This document shows, one piece after another, positions 43,001 to 51,239 of a stretch of 64,000 nucleotides of DNA. Both the position numbers and the translations under genes were made by a program. How positions within the stretch are numbered: the first letter of the stretch is position 1; every line of letters starts with the position of its first letter. Location of the stretch: NCBI GenBank assembly GCA_963803805.1, contig CAWDOD010000009.1:32001-96000 (forward strand). The letters are read 5' to 3'. Source of the DNA: an uncultured cyanobacterium (GTDB lineage Bacteria; Cyanobacteriota; Cyanobacteriia; Cyanobacteriales; CAWCAG01). Under the pieces are notes generated by a model. The model worked only from the letters and a program-made list of their open reading frames with translations, ran no database searches and was not told the origin of the DNA.

Positions 43001-46000
43001 AGTTAGGAGGTTGGTTGCGTTGTTTTCTTGAATAGAGACGTTGTTACCCACAAAAGCAAGATTACCAAAGCGATTTCCTGAATCTTCTAGACTAATGTTG
43101 CCTGTATCTGCTTTGAAGGTAGCAGTACCAGCAACGTCTAAGGAACCACTTTGAATAATACCGGGAGTTCCTTCAACAGTAACAGCATCTCCTATGGCTG
43201 TATTAAAGCGTAGTGTACCGCCAAAGGAGTTGGCTTGGTTTAGGGTGATAGCTGGTGCAGCTAAGACTTCGTTAAATTGTAGAACAGCTTTGGGTAAGCT
43301 ATTGACGGTTAGATTGCCAGCAATAGTTTGTGATTCAAGGTTAACAGTTCCTACCTGAGTGATGATTTTGTCACCATTAGGGAGGATGGTAACGGGAGTT
43401 GGTGTACCGATGGTGTTGACGAGGGGATTACTACCACCACCGTTAACAGAAATGTTGCCTGCTAATTGTAATATTTCTCCTGGTGCTTGAGAAACTGCAC
43501 CATTAGAGTTGAGGCTGAAATTGCCACCAATGATTGAATTGCCTATGTTTGTAGCTTGAGTATTGGTGACGGAAACACTACCTACACCAGTTAAGGTACT
43601 GGTAAAACTTGCATCCCCTTTGATGTCAAGTATACCGTTGCCGATAATTGCACCACTGGAGTTGACAGTTAGATTGTTGGCAAGAATGTTGTTTAAGGTG
43701 ACATCACCACTAGAGTTGTTAGTTAAGCCTGCACCGTTATCTAAGTTGATATTAATATTACCTGTTCCAGTATCAATAGTAGTTCCTGGCAACATAGTAA
43801 TAGTTGCTATACCGGGGTCTCGTTCATTGTTTACTACACCATTGTTGAGGACATCGTTGGCAATGAGAGTAAGGTTGCCATTATCTGTAGTGATGTCTTG
43901 GTTGATGAAGATACTGCGTCCTGCTTGTAGAGTTAGTGAACCGCCATCGCCTAGGGAATTGTTGCTAGTAATTGCTTGGTTGACAGTAATGTCATTGTTG
44001 GCTTGGAGAATGACGGATGTGCCTGTATCAGTAACACTGGTGATGATTTTAGGGGTAAGGGTTATGCTGCGGTCTGGGAAATAGTTGTAGGTTAGGGTGT
44101 TAGGATTGGCGATGCCTATGTCTACTCTTCCTGAATTATTGTTAACTTCTGGGCTTGCTATTAGGTAATTACCATTGGGTAGGGATGATATGCCGTTTGA
44201 GCTAAAAATGCCATAAAAATTTGAGCCAAGCGAGTCACCAGGATTAGCTCCAGAAATACGGCTGATTTCTGTACCAGTAGTACCATCAGCCAGAATTACT
44301 GTTCCTGCATTTCCTATACCCCCAATATCAGCTCCAGCGTTAGCAAAAACGTAATTGCCATGAGGTAGAACTACTATTTGGTTGGAGCCAAATAAATCAT
44401 CTGGATTGATCCCGGAAATACGGCTGATTTCTGTGCCAGTAGTACCATCAGCTAGAATTACTGTTCCGGCATTTCTTGTACCGATATCAGCGTGCCTGTT
44501 GCCAATAATATAATTGCCATTGGGTAGGACTACTATTTGGTTGGAGCCATGCGAATCGCTAGGATTAGCCACAGAAATACGGCTGATTTCTGTGCCAGTA
44601 GTACCATCAGCTAGAATTACTGTTCCAGCATTTCTTGTACCGATATCAGCTAGCCTGTTACCAAAAACATAATTGCCATTGGGTAGGGCTAATATGTCAT
44701 CTGAGCCAAACTTGTCATCTGGATTGATCCCGGAAATACGGCTGATTTCTGTACCAGTAGTACCATCAGCTAGAATTACTGTTCCGGCATATTCTCTACC
44801 CCCAATATCAGCTAGCCTGTTACCAAAAACATAATTGCCATTGGGTAAGGCTAATATGTCATCTGAGCCAAACATATCAGAAGGGTTGGTCCCAGAAATA
44901 CGGCTGATTTCTGTGCCAGTAGTACCATCAGCTAGAATTACTGTTCCGGCATTTCTTATACCCCTTATACTAGCTATAGCATTACCAAAAACATAATTGC
45001 CGTTGGGTAGGGCTAATATGTCATTTGAGCCAAACGAGTCACCAGGATTAACCCCAGAAATACGGCTGATTTCTGTGCCAGTAGTACCATCAGCTAAAAT
45101 TACTGTTCCGGCATCTTCTCTGCCCTCAATATCAGTTAGCCTGTTACCAAAAACATAATTGCTATTGGGTAGGGCAAATATGTCATCTGAGCCAAACGAG
45201 TCACCAGGATTAACCCCAGAAATACGGCTGATTTCTGTGCCAGTAGTACCATCAGCTAAAATTACTGTTCCGGCATTTCTTATACCCTCGATATCAGCTA
45301 GCCTGTTACCAAAAACATAATTGCTATTGGGTAGAGTTAATATTTGTCCTAAGCCAAACCTGTCATCAAGATTTGGCCCAGAAATACGGTTTATCTCTGT
45401 GCCAGTAGTACCATCAACAAGAATCACTGTTCCAGCATTTCCTATACTCTCGATATCAGCTAGTATGCTATCAAAAACATAATTGCCATTGGGTAGGACT
45501 ACTATTTGGTGGAAGCCAAACGAGTCACCAGGATTGACCCCAGAAATACGGTTTATCTCTGTGCCAGTAGTACCATCAACAAGAATCACTGTTCCGGCAT
45601 CTTCTCTACCGCCGATATTAGCTCCCCCGTTACCAAAAACATAATTGCTATTGGGTAGGGCTAATATGTCATCTGAGCCAAACCTGTCATCAGGATTCGC
45701 TCCAGAAATACTACCTAAAATCGCACTTGTATGCGGCTCAAAAAGATACACACTTCCTGCATCTGTCGCTGTCAAATCATCAAATGGTGAACTAATGACA
45801 ATATTCCCATTCTTCAAAACAGTAGTATTTTCGCCAAACCCATTCCCAGGGGCAGGATTAGGATCATACAACTGAAAAGAATTACCTTGAACAACAGTAT
45901 CAATAACAATATTCTTCGGATCTAACAACAACTGCCCCGCCACCCCATCAACAGCCCCAGCATCCGCACTCCCAGCAAAAACCAACTCCTCCTTCCCCGA

Positions 46001-47509
46001 AACCTCAATAAATCCTCCATCACCACCTAACTTTCCACCCCGCGCCGTCACACTGCCATAAAACTCTGTCTCCTCATCCGCCCAAACAATTACTTTTCCC
46101 CCATCTCCAGCCACCCTAGCATCCGCCTGTAAACTACTACTATGATTAACAATCACCTTCTGGGCATTCTCCACCCCCTCACTCTGCCCCTGAAAATCTC
46201 CCCCTACCAAAATCTCTCCCCCACCACTATCACCACGAACATCCACACCAGCAGCCAAAAGTTGCACCGTCTCCCCAAACAAATGCACCTTTCCACCTTC
46301 TTCTCCCGCCGCCGCCAACTGCCCAGAAGTAGTCAAAACCCTACCTCCTTGCAATCTAATTACTCCCCCCACCTCACTGCCACTAGCATCAGTCACCGCG
46401 CTAGCAGTCTGAATTACCGTCCCTGTATAATCAACCGCAATTGTCCCACCATCACCAGCACTGCCTACTGCATTCAACTCTCCAGTATCCAAAAAATTAT
46501 TAGTTTCAATAGCAATCTTGCCCCCAGTTTCCCCATTAACAAAAACTTCTCCCCGATTCTCCAAATAACGACTACTAAGGTTAACTTCTCCCCCTTTAAC
46601 ACCAGAAGCATCAATTACCCCCGCAACCTTAACCCTATCTCCAGAAACATTAACCGTCCCTCCCACCTCAGCAGCAACATCCACCTCACCATTAATCACA
46701 ACAGTTTCCGGATTAACATAAACTGAATCTAACCCAGCCCCTACCAACAACTCAGCCACCGACAAAGCAGCCTTCCCATCAACACTTCCCCTCAACTCCT
46801 GCCAACCCAAAACCTCACCTCCACTCCCCAACTCAACCAAACTACTGCCAGGTAGCGCCACCAAACTTACTTCCCCACCAGAGGCAACCAACTCCCCATC
46901 ATTAACCACCGTACCCCCCAACAAACTCAAACTCTGCCCCGCCTCAACCACCAAATTTCCAGCATTAACAATTGCTCCACTACTCCCCTCAAACTGCAAA
47001 CCAATAGGAGCAACTACATTCACTGTCAACAACGGCGCAGCCTCCGGATTAGTAGCACTAAAAACCTCTCCCCCAGGAAAAACAAAACTATCCCCTGTAC
47101 TAGCCACAAAAGCCCCCCGCAGATCCAAACTGGCATTAGGGCCAAAAACAATACCGTTAGGATTGAGGAAAAACAAATTAGCCTCCCCCAAAACCCCCAA
47201 CTTGCCAAACAAATGAGAAGGATTACTCCCTGTCACCCGACTAAAAATATTCTCCACCGCCACCGGATTAGCAAAATAAGCAGCAGAATCCTCAGCAATA
47301 TTAAACTCAGCAAAACTATGAAAGAGATTATCCCCCCGCAACGCCCCACCATCAAGACGTTGAACCTGAGAATTGATAGGAGTAACTACAGAACTTTCCC
47401 CACCAAGGGTACTATCAGGAATAATCTGTGCAGAAACACCGCCAGGAACAGTAAAAATAGCACCAGTAAAACCAAAAGCTAGCCAGAGTAGTTGAGATGC
47501 ACGTTTCAT
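40076..47509 (-). CDS. Large filamentous haemagglutinin-family (TPS) exoprotein with internal 53-54-aa repeats
   Basis: Signal peptide; NLFHSF, NIFSRVTG and NLFFLNPNG motifs; GG.I.I beta-helix repeats; C-terminal NSDITANAFEGRGGNINI. Likely start 47509 (ORF track gives 47554). Confidence 0.92.
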   Translation of the reverse strand: MKRASQLLWLAFGFTGAIFTVPGGVSAQIIPDSTLGGESSVVTPINSQVQRLDGGALRGDNLFHSFAEFNIAEDSAAYFANPVAVENIFSRVTGSNPSHLFGKLGVLGEANLFFLNPNGIVFGPNASLDLRGAFVASTGDSFVFPGGEVFSATNPEAAPLLTVNVVAPIGLQFEGSSGAIVNAGNLVVEAGQSLSLLGGTVVNDGELVASGGEVSLVALPGSSLVELGSGGEVLGWQELRGSVDGKAALSVAELLVGAGLDSVYVNPETVVINGEVDVAAEVGGTVNVSGDRVKVAGVIDASGVKGGEVNLSSRYLENRGEVFVNGETGGKIAIETNNFLDTGELNAVGSAGDGGTIAVDYTGTVIQTASAVTDASGSEVGGVIRLQGGRVLTTSGQLAAAGEEGGKVHLFGETVQLLAAGVDVRGDSGGGEILVGGDFQGQSEGVENAQKVIVNHSSSLQADARVAGDGGKVIVWADEETEFYGSVTARGGKLGGDGGFIEVSGKEELVFAGSADAGAVDGVAGQLLLDPKNIVIDTVVQGNSFQLYDPNPAPGNGFGENTTVLKNGNIVISSPFDDLTATDAGSVYLFEPHTSAILGSISGANPDDRFGSDDILALPNSNYVFGNGGANIGGREDAGTVILVDGTTGTEINRISGVNPGDSFGFHQIVVLPNGNYVFDSILADIESIGNAGTVILVDGTTGTEINRISGPNLDDRFGLGQILTLPNSNYVFGNRLADIEGIRNAGTVILADGTTGTEISRISGVNPGDSFGSDDIFALPNSNYVFGNRLTDIEGREDAGTVILADGTTGTEISRISGVNPGDSFGSNDILALPNGNYVFGNAIASIRGIRNAGTVILADGTTGTEISRISGTNPSDMFGSDDILALPNGNYVFGNRLADIGGREYAGTVILADGTTGTEISRISGINPDDKFGSDDILALPNGNYVFGNRLADIGTRNAGTVILADGTTGTEISRISVANPSDSHGSNQIVVLPNGNYIIGNRHADIGTRNAGTVILADGTTGTEISRISGINPDDLFGSNQIVVLPHGNYVFANAGADIGGIGNAGTVILADGTTGTEISRISGANPGDSLGSNFYGIFSSNGISSLPNGNYLIASPEVNNNSGRVDIGIANPNTLTYNYFPDRSITLTPKIITSVTDTGTSVILQANNDITVNQAITSNNSLGDGGSLTLQAGRSIFINQDITTDNGNLTLIANDVLNNGVVNNERDPGIATITMLPGTTIDTGTGNININLDNGAGLTNNSSGDVTLNNILANNLTVNSSGAIIGNGILDIKGDASFTSTLTGVGSVSVTNTQATNIGNSIIGGNFSLNSNGAVSQAPGEILQLAGNISVNGGGSNPLVNTIGTPTPVTILPNGDKIITQVGTVNLESQTIAGNLTVNSLPKAVLQFNEVLAAPAITLNQANSFGGTLRFNTAIGDAVTVEGTPGIIQSGSLDVAGTATFKADTGNISLEDSGNRFGNLAFVGNNVSIQENNATNLLTSAATGNLELTSGGAITQTGALSIAGDASFTTTLAQAGNVTINNSNSTTIGQSLVGGNLTITSGGSVSQVPGEFILAPSFNISDPNFVLNNPQLTPNGNGSLVARIELGNGDVIITQVGTVNLEGETISGNLTVNSLKEALKFAGIYDNAAAITLDESANSFGGTLRLETDANTIVVASGTPGITQSNSLQVNGTATFNAEDGDITLNDSSNQFGKLAFQGANVSIQENDTTNLLNSIATENLLLTANGAITQSGGLKVTGESNFVTLSPDADISLNANNQLNGIISFATNGKGDVSLANFLVPTQIAETNLLGDLTINSGGEISQTGTWNVAGNTTLNSGNSDITLQDNNDFSTLAINRGQNVAIEDINGINLGDSSVSGNLVINAQGNITTENISTSGGNITLTTKGEITVANSEISSSTFGLGKPGDIRIEANSLSLRDNALISAATFSEGEGGKIKIDVTDVVEILDGSGVESNTFSRGDAGEVTIKARNLRIDSSNFGSTGETGISSLTAIGSSGEGGNILIDVSESVEIIGNQPGSFTPDITQPGSVFAVASIPTGISTGTLGFGNSGKLTINTGRLTIKNGAGVTTGTVSPQGNGGELNINANEVELQGLAGIVAATTGGGDSGNLFVDADSVTLKDGAVISTDTAVSGSGNAGKLDIITNQLHIINGSRLGSATANSGTGGNINIQATDLIEVRGTSADEQVRSGIVANSINAGDTGNIAIIANRINLLNGGEINVSSTGTAAKAGDLTITANTLFLDNQGQLIAETKSGDGGNITLRDSNLLLMRRNSLISTTAGTAQQGGNGGNININADFIVALPSENSDITANAFEGRGGNINITTQAIFGLKFRDELTPLSDITASSELGVDGTVNINTPGIDPSRGLSTLPNDAVAPDVNDSCEAIEEDEAVAFFDIGKGGTLTNPDEPVNAESWRWLALAEESASTEESFPPQVAAEMAELIASCDRYSK
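44150..45800 (-). repeat. Intragenic tandem array, 9 near-identical units plus 1 degenerate unit of 159-162 bp
   Basis: GTAGTACCATC recurs at about 44277, 44439, 44598, 44757, 44919, 45081, 45243, 45405 and 45567; encodes AGTVILADGTTGTEISRISG...LPNGNYVFGN. Confidence 0.92.
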
Positions 47510-47638
47510 GATCATCGAAGGGAACAGGAGACTACATAAATTACTCTGGTTCAATGCCCTCCTTTTTATGCAGCTATCCCCGGATTTGCTATATATTTTA
47601 ATATTTGTTAATAATTTGCAATAGCTAAATCACTTCTC

Positions 47639-49093
47639 CTAAGCAACAAAAGACTGCAAAATATCAGTTTCTCCAATAGAAATTCTCACCTCAAAAACTG
47701 CCCCAACCGGAGGGTAAAAACGTAACTGTAAAGATTGATCTCCTTTACCTTCATTATCCTGTCTTGCCGTTACTTCCCTATACACCTCTCCCGAAATCAC
47801 TAAAGCAAGTTTAACTCCTGGGGGCAACTTCGCTTTTTTCCCTACACTCTTCAACTCCAACCATACACCAACCTTACTATCCTCGCGGGGCATCAATGCC
47901 ACCACCAAGGCAATATGTTTCCCCTCTAGCTGCCAAGCCAAATCAATCAACCTCCCCTTTCTAATCCCTCCTTGGGGGTGTTGGGGGGCAACCTTACCCA
48001 AACTAAGGGCTGCTTGCCAACGGGTTTCTTCTTCCTTGCTAGTAGAGAGTAAATCTTCTAAAGCCTGCACAACTTCAGGATTACCGATACCAAGTTCCCC
48101 TAAAACTCCCGCAGCTTGACGACGAACATTTTCAGTGCGATCGTTCCTCAACAACTCCATTATCGACTTTAACTCCTGGGGATTATTACCAGGTTGAGAA
48201 GCCGTTACACCTCTAACTGACACTGTTTCTGGAGGGATTAATAAATCTTCAACTCCATGCCAACCTTCTTCAATTACCTCCGTTACCCTTTGCAACCAGC
48301 TACGCAAATTAATAGCTGTAACTGTCTTGCTTCCTCGTCTTCGGTACAATTCCAATTCCTGCCGCCATTTCTCGTTGCTAATCAAAGCTGCCCACTGTTG
48401 AAAATCTATTGCTAATCTAGGGTTATGTAAATTGCGATCGCTTAACTTCCTTAGCAAATCTTCAGCCTGTTGATTAGATAACTTGGAAATTGGTTGAGAC
48501 AGAGTTACTTGATTAGGAGTAGGTTGTAATTCTGTGAGTAAATTAGTCAAGCCCTCAGTTAAATATTTGGCTGGTAAATTGTAAGTGCGATCGCCTTGAT
48601 TATATTTACCCTGACTTTTTATTTTCCCATAACTTGCCCCTCCCCACAAACGTAACCAAGATTGTTCAGGGTTAACTTGTACAGCTAAATAATGATCTGC
48701 TTGCCAATCCAGAATATCTACCCATTCTTGAGGAATAACCAACTCATCAGTTTCACTCATGTCTCCAGGTAACAAAACTAGCCTTACCCGTTCTAAATTA
48801 ATAGCACTACCATTAACTACCTCCCACATACTAGCTAAAGATTGTTCTTGAAAAATATCTAGCTTAACTAAAATGTTTTCATGATCATTTTCGAGTAATA
48901 AATCTTCCTCTAACCAACCTTGAAGCCAAGGGATAAATGTATGCAGACATAGATAATTTAAATAAGCATTACAACGAGCTGTCGTATTAGAATGTTGCCG
49001 TGATACTTGCCAAGCTTCCTTGTGAATTTGGGGAGATATTTCCAACCACAATTGCTGAGAAAAGACTGTTGCTAGTTTTTCAATATCAAACAT
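47639..49093 (-). CDS. DUF1822 family protein with inserted HEAT repeats
   Basis: AYLNYLCL, SMWEVVNG, IPQEWVD, YLAVQV and GRLIDL motifs; HEAT-like VRRQAAGVLGEL and TRWQAALSLGKV. Confidence 0.87.
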   Translation of the reverse strand: MFDIEKLATVFSQQLWLEISPQIHKEAWQVSRQHSNTTARCNAYLNYLCLHTFIPWLQGWLEEDLLLENDHENILVKLDIFQEQSLASMWEVVNGSAINLERVRLVLLPGDMSETDELVIPQEWVDILDWQADHYLAVQVNPEQSWLRLWGGASYGKIKSQGKYNQGDRTYNLPAKYLTEGLTNLLTELQPTPNQVTLSQPISKLSNQQAEDLLRKLSDRNLHNPRLAIDFQQWAALISNEKWRQELELYRRRGSKTVTAINLRSWLQRVTEVIEEGWHGVEDLLIPPETVSVRGVTASQPGNNPQELKSIMELLRNDRTENVRRQAAGVLGELGIGNPEVVQALEDLLSTSKEEETRWQAALSLGKVAPQHPQGGIRKGRLIDLAWQLEGKHIALVVALMPREDSKVGVWLELKSVGKKAKLPPGVKLALVISGEVYREVTARQDNEGKGDQSLQLRFYPPVGAVFEVRISIGETDILQSFVA

Positions 49094-49135
49094 AGTTATA
49101 GTTCCTAAAAATAATCATTTAATTACTACTACAAA

Positions 49136-50893
49136 TTAGTCAATTAAATTAGAAGAGTAAACCAAATTACTTAACCACTCTTCAATCACTCTAGCTAAGT
49201 GCTTTTCTTCCTTACTATCAAAATCAATACTGAACTGAGACTTAATCCATTGATGCAGTTGAGTCTGTAAATATTGTCTAGCATGAGCGATAGTACTAGA
49301 AATGTTTAGATGAGAATAATTACTTTGTATTTGCTCTTGCTGCTGTTGCTGACAGTAATACAGCTTGATAATCTCTCTACTCTCTTGATCTACCGTTTGT
49401 AAAAAATTTAGCAAAACCAAATCAATAACTCTTCTATAGTGAGAACTTAACCAGAAGTGAACCATTCCTTGCTTAGATTTTTGCATTTCAGTAAATAACG
49501 AATTTGCCAATTCTTTTTTTAAATCGTGAATTTTTTCCTCAATATATTCTTTTGTTTTATTTAGTTGCTCAACAATTTGTTCGATACTTATTTTTTGAAT
49601 AAATTTTAATTTGACTATTATTTTTAACTCAGCATCAAATTCTTGTAGGACATCACTTAAAACTTCTTTTACAAAGCTATTGTCACTCTCATTACTAATG
49701 CCTGAATCAAGAAAATCATTCACACAATTTTCAACCCAAGTTTCTTCTGTGATTGCTAATTGTCTGTTAATTAAAAATTCAAGTTTCCTAAGTAAAGTCT
49801 GTCTATAATGGGCATCTATGTATCGTGAAACAGTACCTTGATGAACCCCAACTTTAGCTGCGAATTGTGACTGTCTAAGTAAATAAAAAGAATGGTTGTA
49901 ACATAGTAGCATTAGTCCCTTGCGAAATTGCTTTGGTATGCGACTACGAAAATTTTCCTCTTTCTTCTCTACATTACTAAGTTCCTCTCTAAAAGCTTGT
50001 TCTACTTGTTGAGCAAAACTAGAGTGTTCTTCTTGATTCTCTAATCTTTGCCAAGGACTACCTGAAAACTCATTTCCCCTAGCATACTTTTCATAGTCAT
50101 TGGCATCACGAGAAACTTCTAAAATATTTTGATAGTCGTATAATGCTGCGATAGTTTGGTTTAACAATACTTCTAACTCTTTGGTTGTCAAGTCTAAATC
50201 ATAAGACAAACTAGGGGGAACATCAGGTTGAAATCGTCTACTATTATAATCCTTCGTTGCTGCGGTAAAATCTGCCTGTTCTGGACTGGGCGAACTATCG
50301 TTAGAATTTCTATAGGGATTGTAAATATGATTTTCCTTGTAAACTCTAATAAAACATTCCCACGCCAGTACATAGCGAGAAATTGCCCTAGGAGACAGTC
50401 CTGATCTAGCTAGAGCTTGTTTGATATCTTTTCGAGAACTATGACCTAATAAATGCCAAGAGGATTGCAGTTTTAACCTTTCCTTGATACGACGCTCTAC
50501 TACACTAGCAAAATAACCTCTGAAACTAGACTGGCTAATATGTTGAGGATTGTATCTGTTGAGGATTGTTTTCAAACCATTTCTATCAGTTAAAAGATCC
50601 GTAATTACTTCTGAGTAAGAATCCTCTCCTTCTTCATAGTTGTATAACTTCAAAGATAACTTTTTAATAACTTGCTTTATAACTGGATATAGGTGAACAA
50701 TAAACCACAGATAAGCAGTTTTTTTAAGGCTATTCGCTTGATAATCATCGTTAATAATGTGCAGAAAATGTCTAAAGTAATCATTTTCTGTCCAGTTAGG
50801 ATGTTGTTTGGCTAGTCTATCTAAGCACCTAGCTAATTTAGGGTCATAAAACTGGTTCCAATACATTACTCTTTTCGCTTGAGGTAGACGCAA
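49136..50893 (-). CDS. Long sigma-70-like factor with several C-terminal HTH-like units
   Basis: Sigma-2-like region (RYNPQ..SSFRGYFASVVERRIKE, SSWHLL); HTH QSQFAAKVGVHQGTVSRY followed by further KL.F/Y...EQI units; directly upstream of DUF1822. The start position is uncertain. Confidence 0.7.
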   Translation of the reverse strand: MRLPQAKRVMYWNQFYDPKLARCLDRLAKQHPNWTENDYFRHFLHIINDDYQANSLKKTAYLWFIVHLYPVIKQVIKKLSLKLYNYEEGEDSYSEVITDLLTDRNGLKTILNRYNPQHISQSSFRGYFASVVERRIKERLKLQSSWHLLGHSSRKDIKQALARSGLSPRAISRYVLAWECFIRVYKENHIYNPYRNSNDSSPSPEQADFTAATKDYNSRRFQPDVPPSLSYDLDLTTKELEVLLNQTIAALYDYQNILEVSRDANDYEKYARGNEFSGSPWQRLENQEEHSSFAQQVEQAFREELSNVEKKEENFRSRIPKQFRKGLMLLCYNHSFYLLRQSQFAAKVGVHQGTVSRYIDAHYRQTLLRKLEFLINRQLAITEETWVENCVNDFLDSGISNESDNSFVKEVLSDVLQEFDAELKIIVKLKFIQKISIEQIVEQLNKTKEYIEEKIHDLKKELANSLFTEMQKSKQGMVHFWLSSHYRRVIDLVLLNFLQTVDQESREIIKLYYCQQQQQEQIQSNYSHLNISSTIAHARQYLQTQLHQWIKSQFSIDFDSKEEKHLARVIEEWLSNLVYSSNLID

Positions 50894-51037
50894 TAAGGGT
50901 TGGCCGTTAGATATTTGTAATTCTGTTGCATAGAACTTTTGCCCCAGGATAATCCCTAGGGTGGCTTGCTCTAATTATTCCTTATGGTCGAAGGATAGGT
51001 TTTATGCACTTACACTTCAAGAGAACAAAGAGGATAT

Positions 51038-51092
51038 TTGACATCCTCCCCGACCTATTCGCGTAGCGTTGCCGCAGGCTAACCGCGAGGTC
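51038..51092. repeat. IS200/IS605-type end remnant with a GC-rich hairpin
   Basis: TTGACATCCTCCCCGACCT followed by nested inverted arms GACCT/AGGTC, CGCG/CGCG and TAGC/GCTA. Confidence 0.5.
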
Positions 51093-51239
51093 TTAAACCT
51101 TTTTTTATTTTGATAAACTTTTGTAACTTAAAACCCTATATCTGCATAAAAATTCATCGTTGCTACCAAGGAAGAAATAAGAACACTTGTTCAGGAAGCA
51201 AGCTTCTTTATGTAAAATCATACTTTTTAGTAAACCGCT

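Noticed and set aside
44150-45800. Regular repeat array as a possible CRISPR or DGR
   Set aside because: Units are 159-162 bp, in frame and protein-coding, with no unique spacers. No cas or reverse transcriptase gene is in the window.
40152-47482. Many plus-strand ORFs (for example 40152-40703, 41391-41921, 46142-46726)
   Set aside because: They are antisense shadows of the haemagglutinin gene caused by its biased codon usage and carry no recognisable motifs.
6336-50893. Type III-E CRISPR Craspase locus
   Set aside because: CHAT plus sigma is only an analogy. No Cas7-11 gene or array is present, and these CHAT proteins are secreted or membrane-bound.
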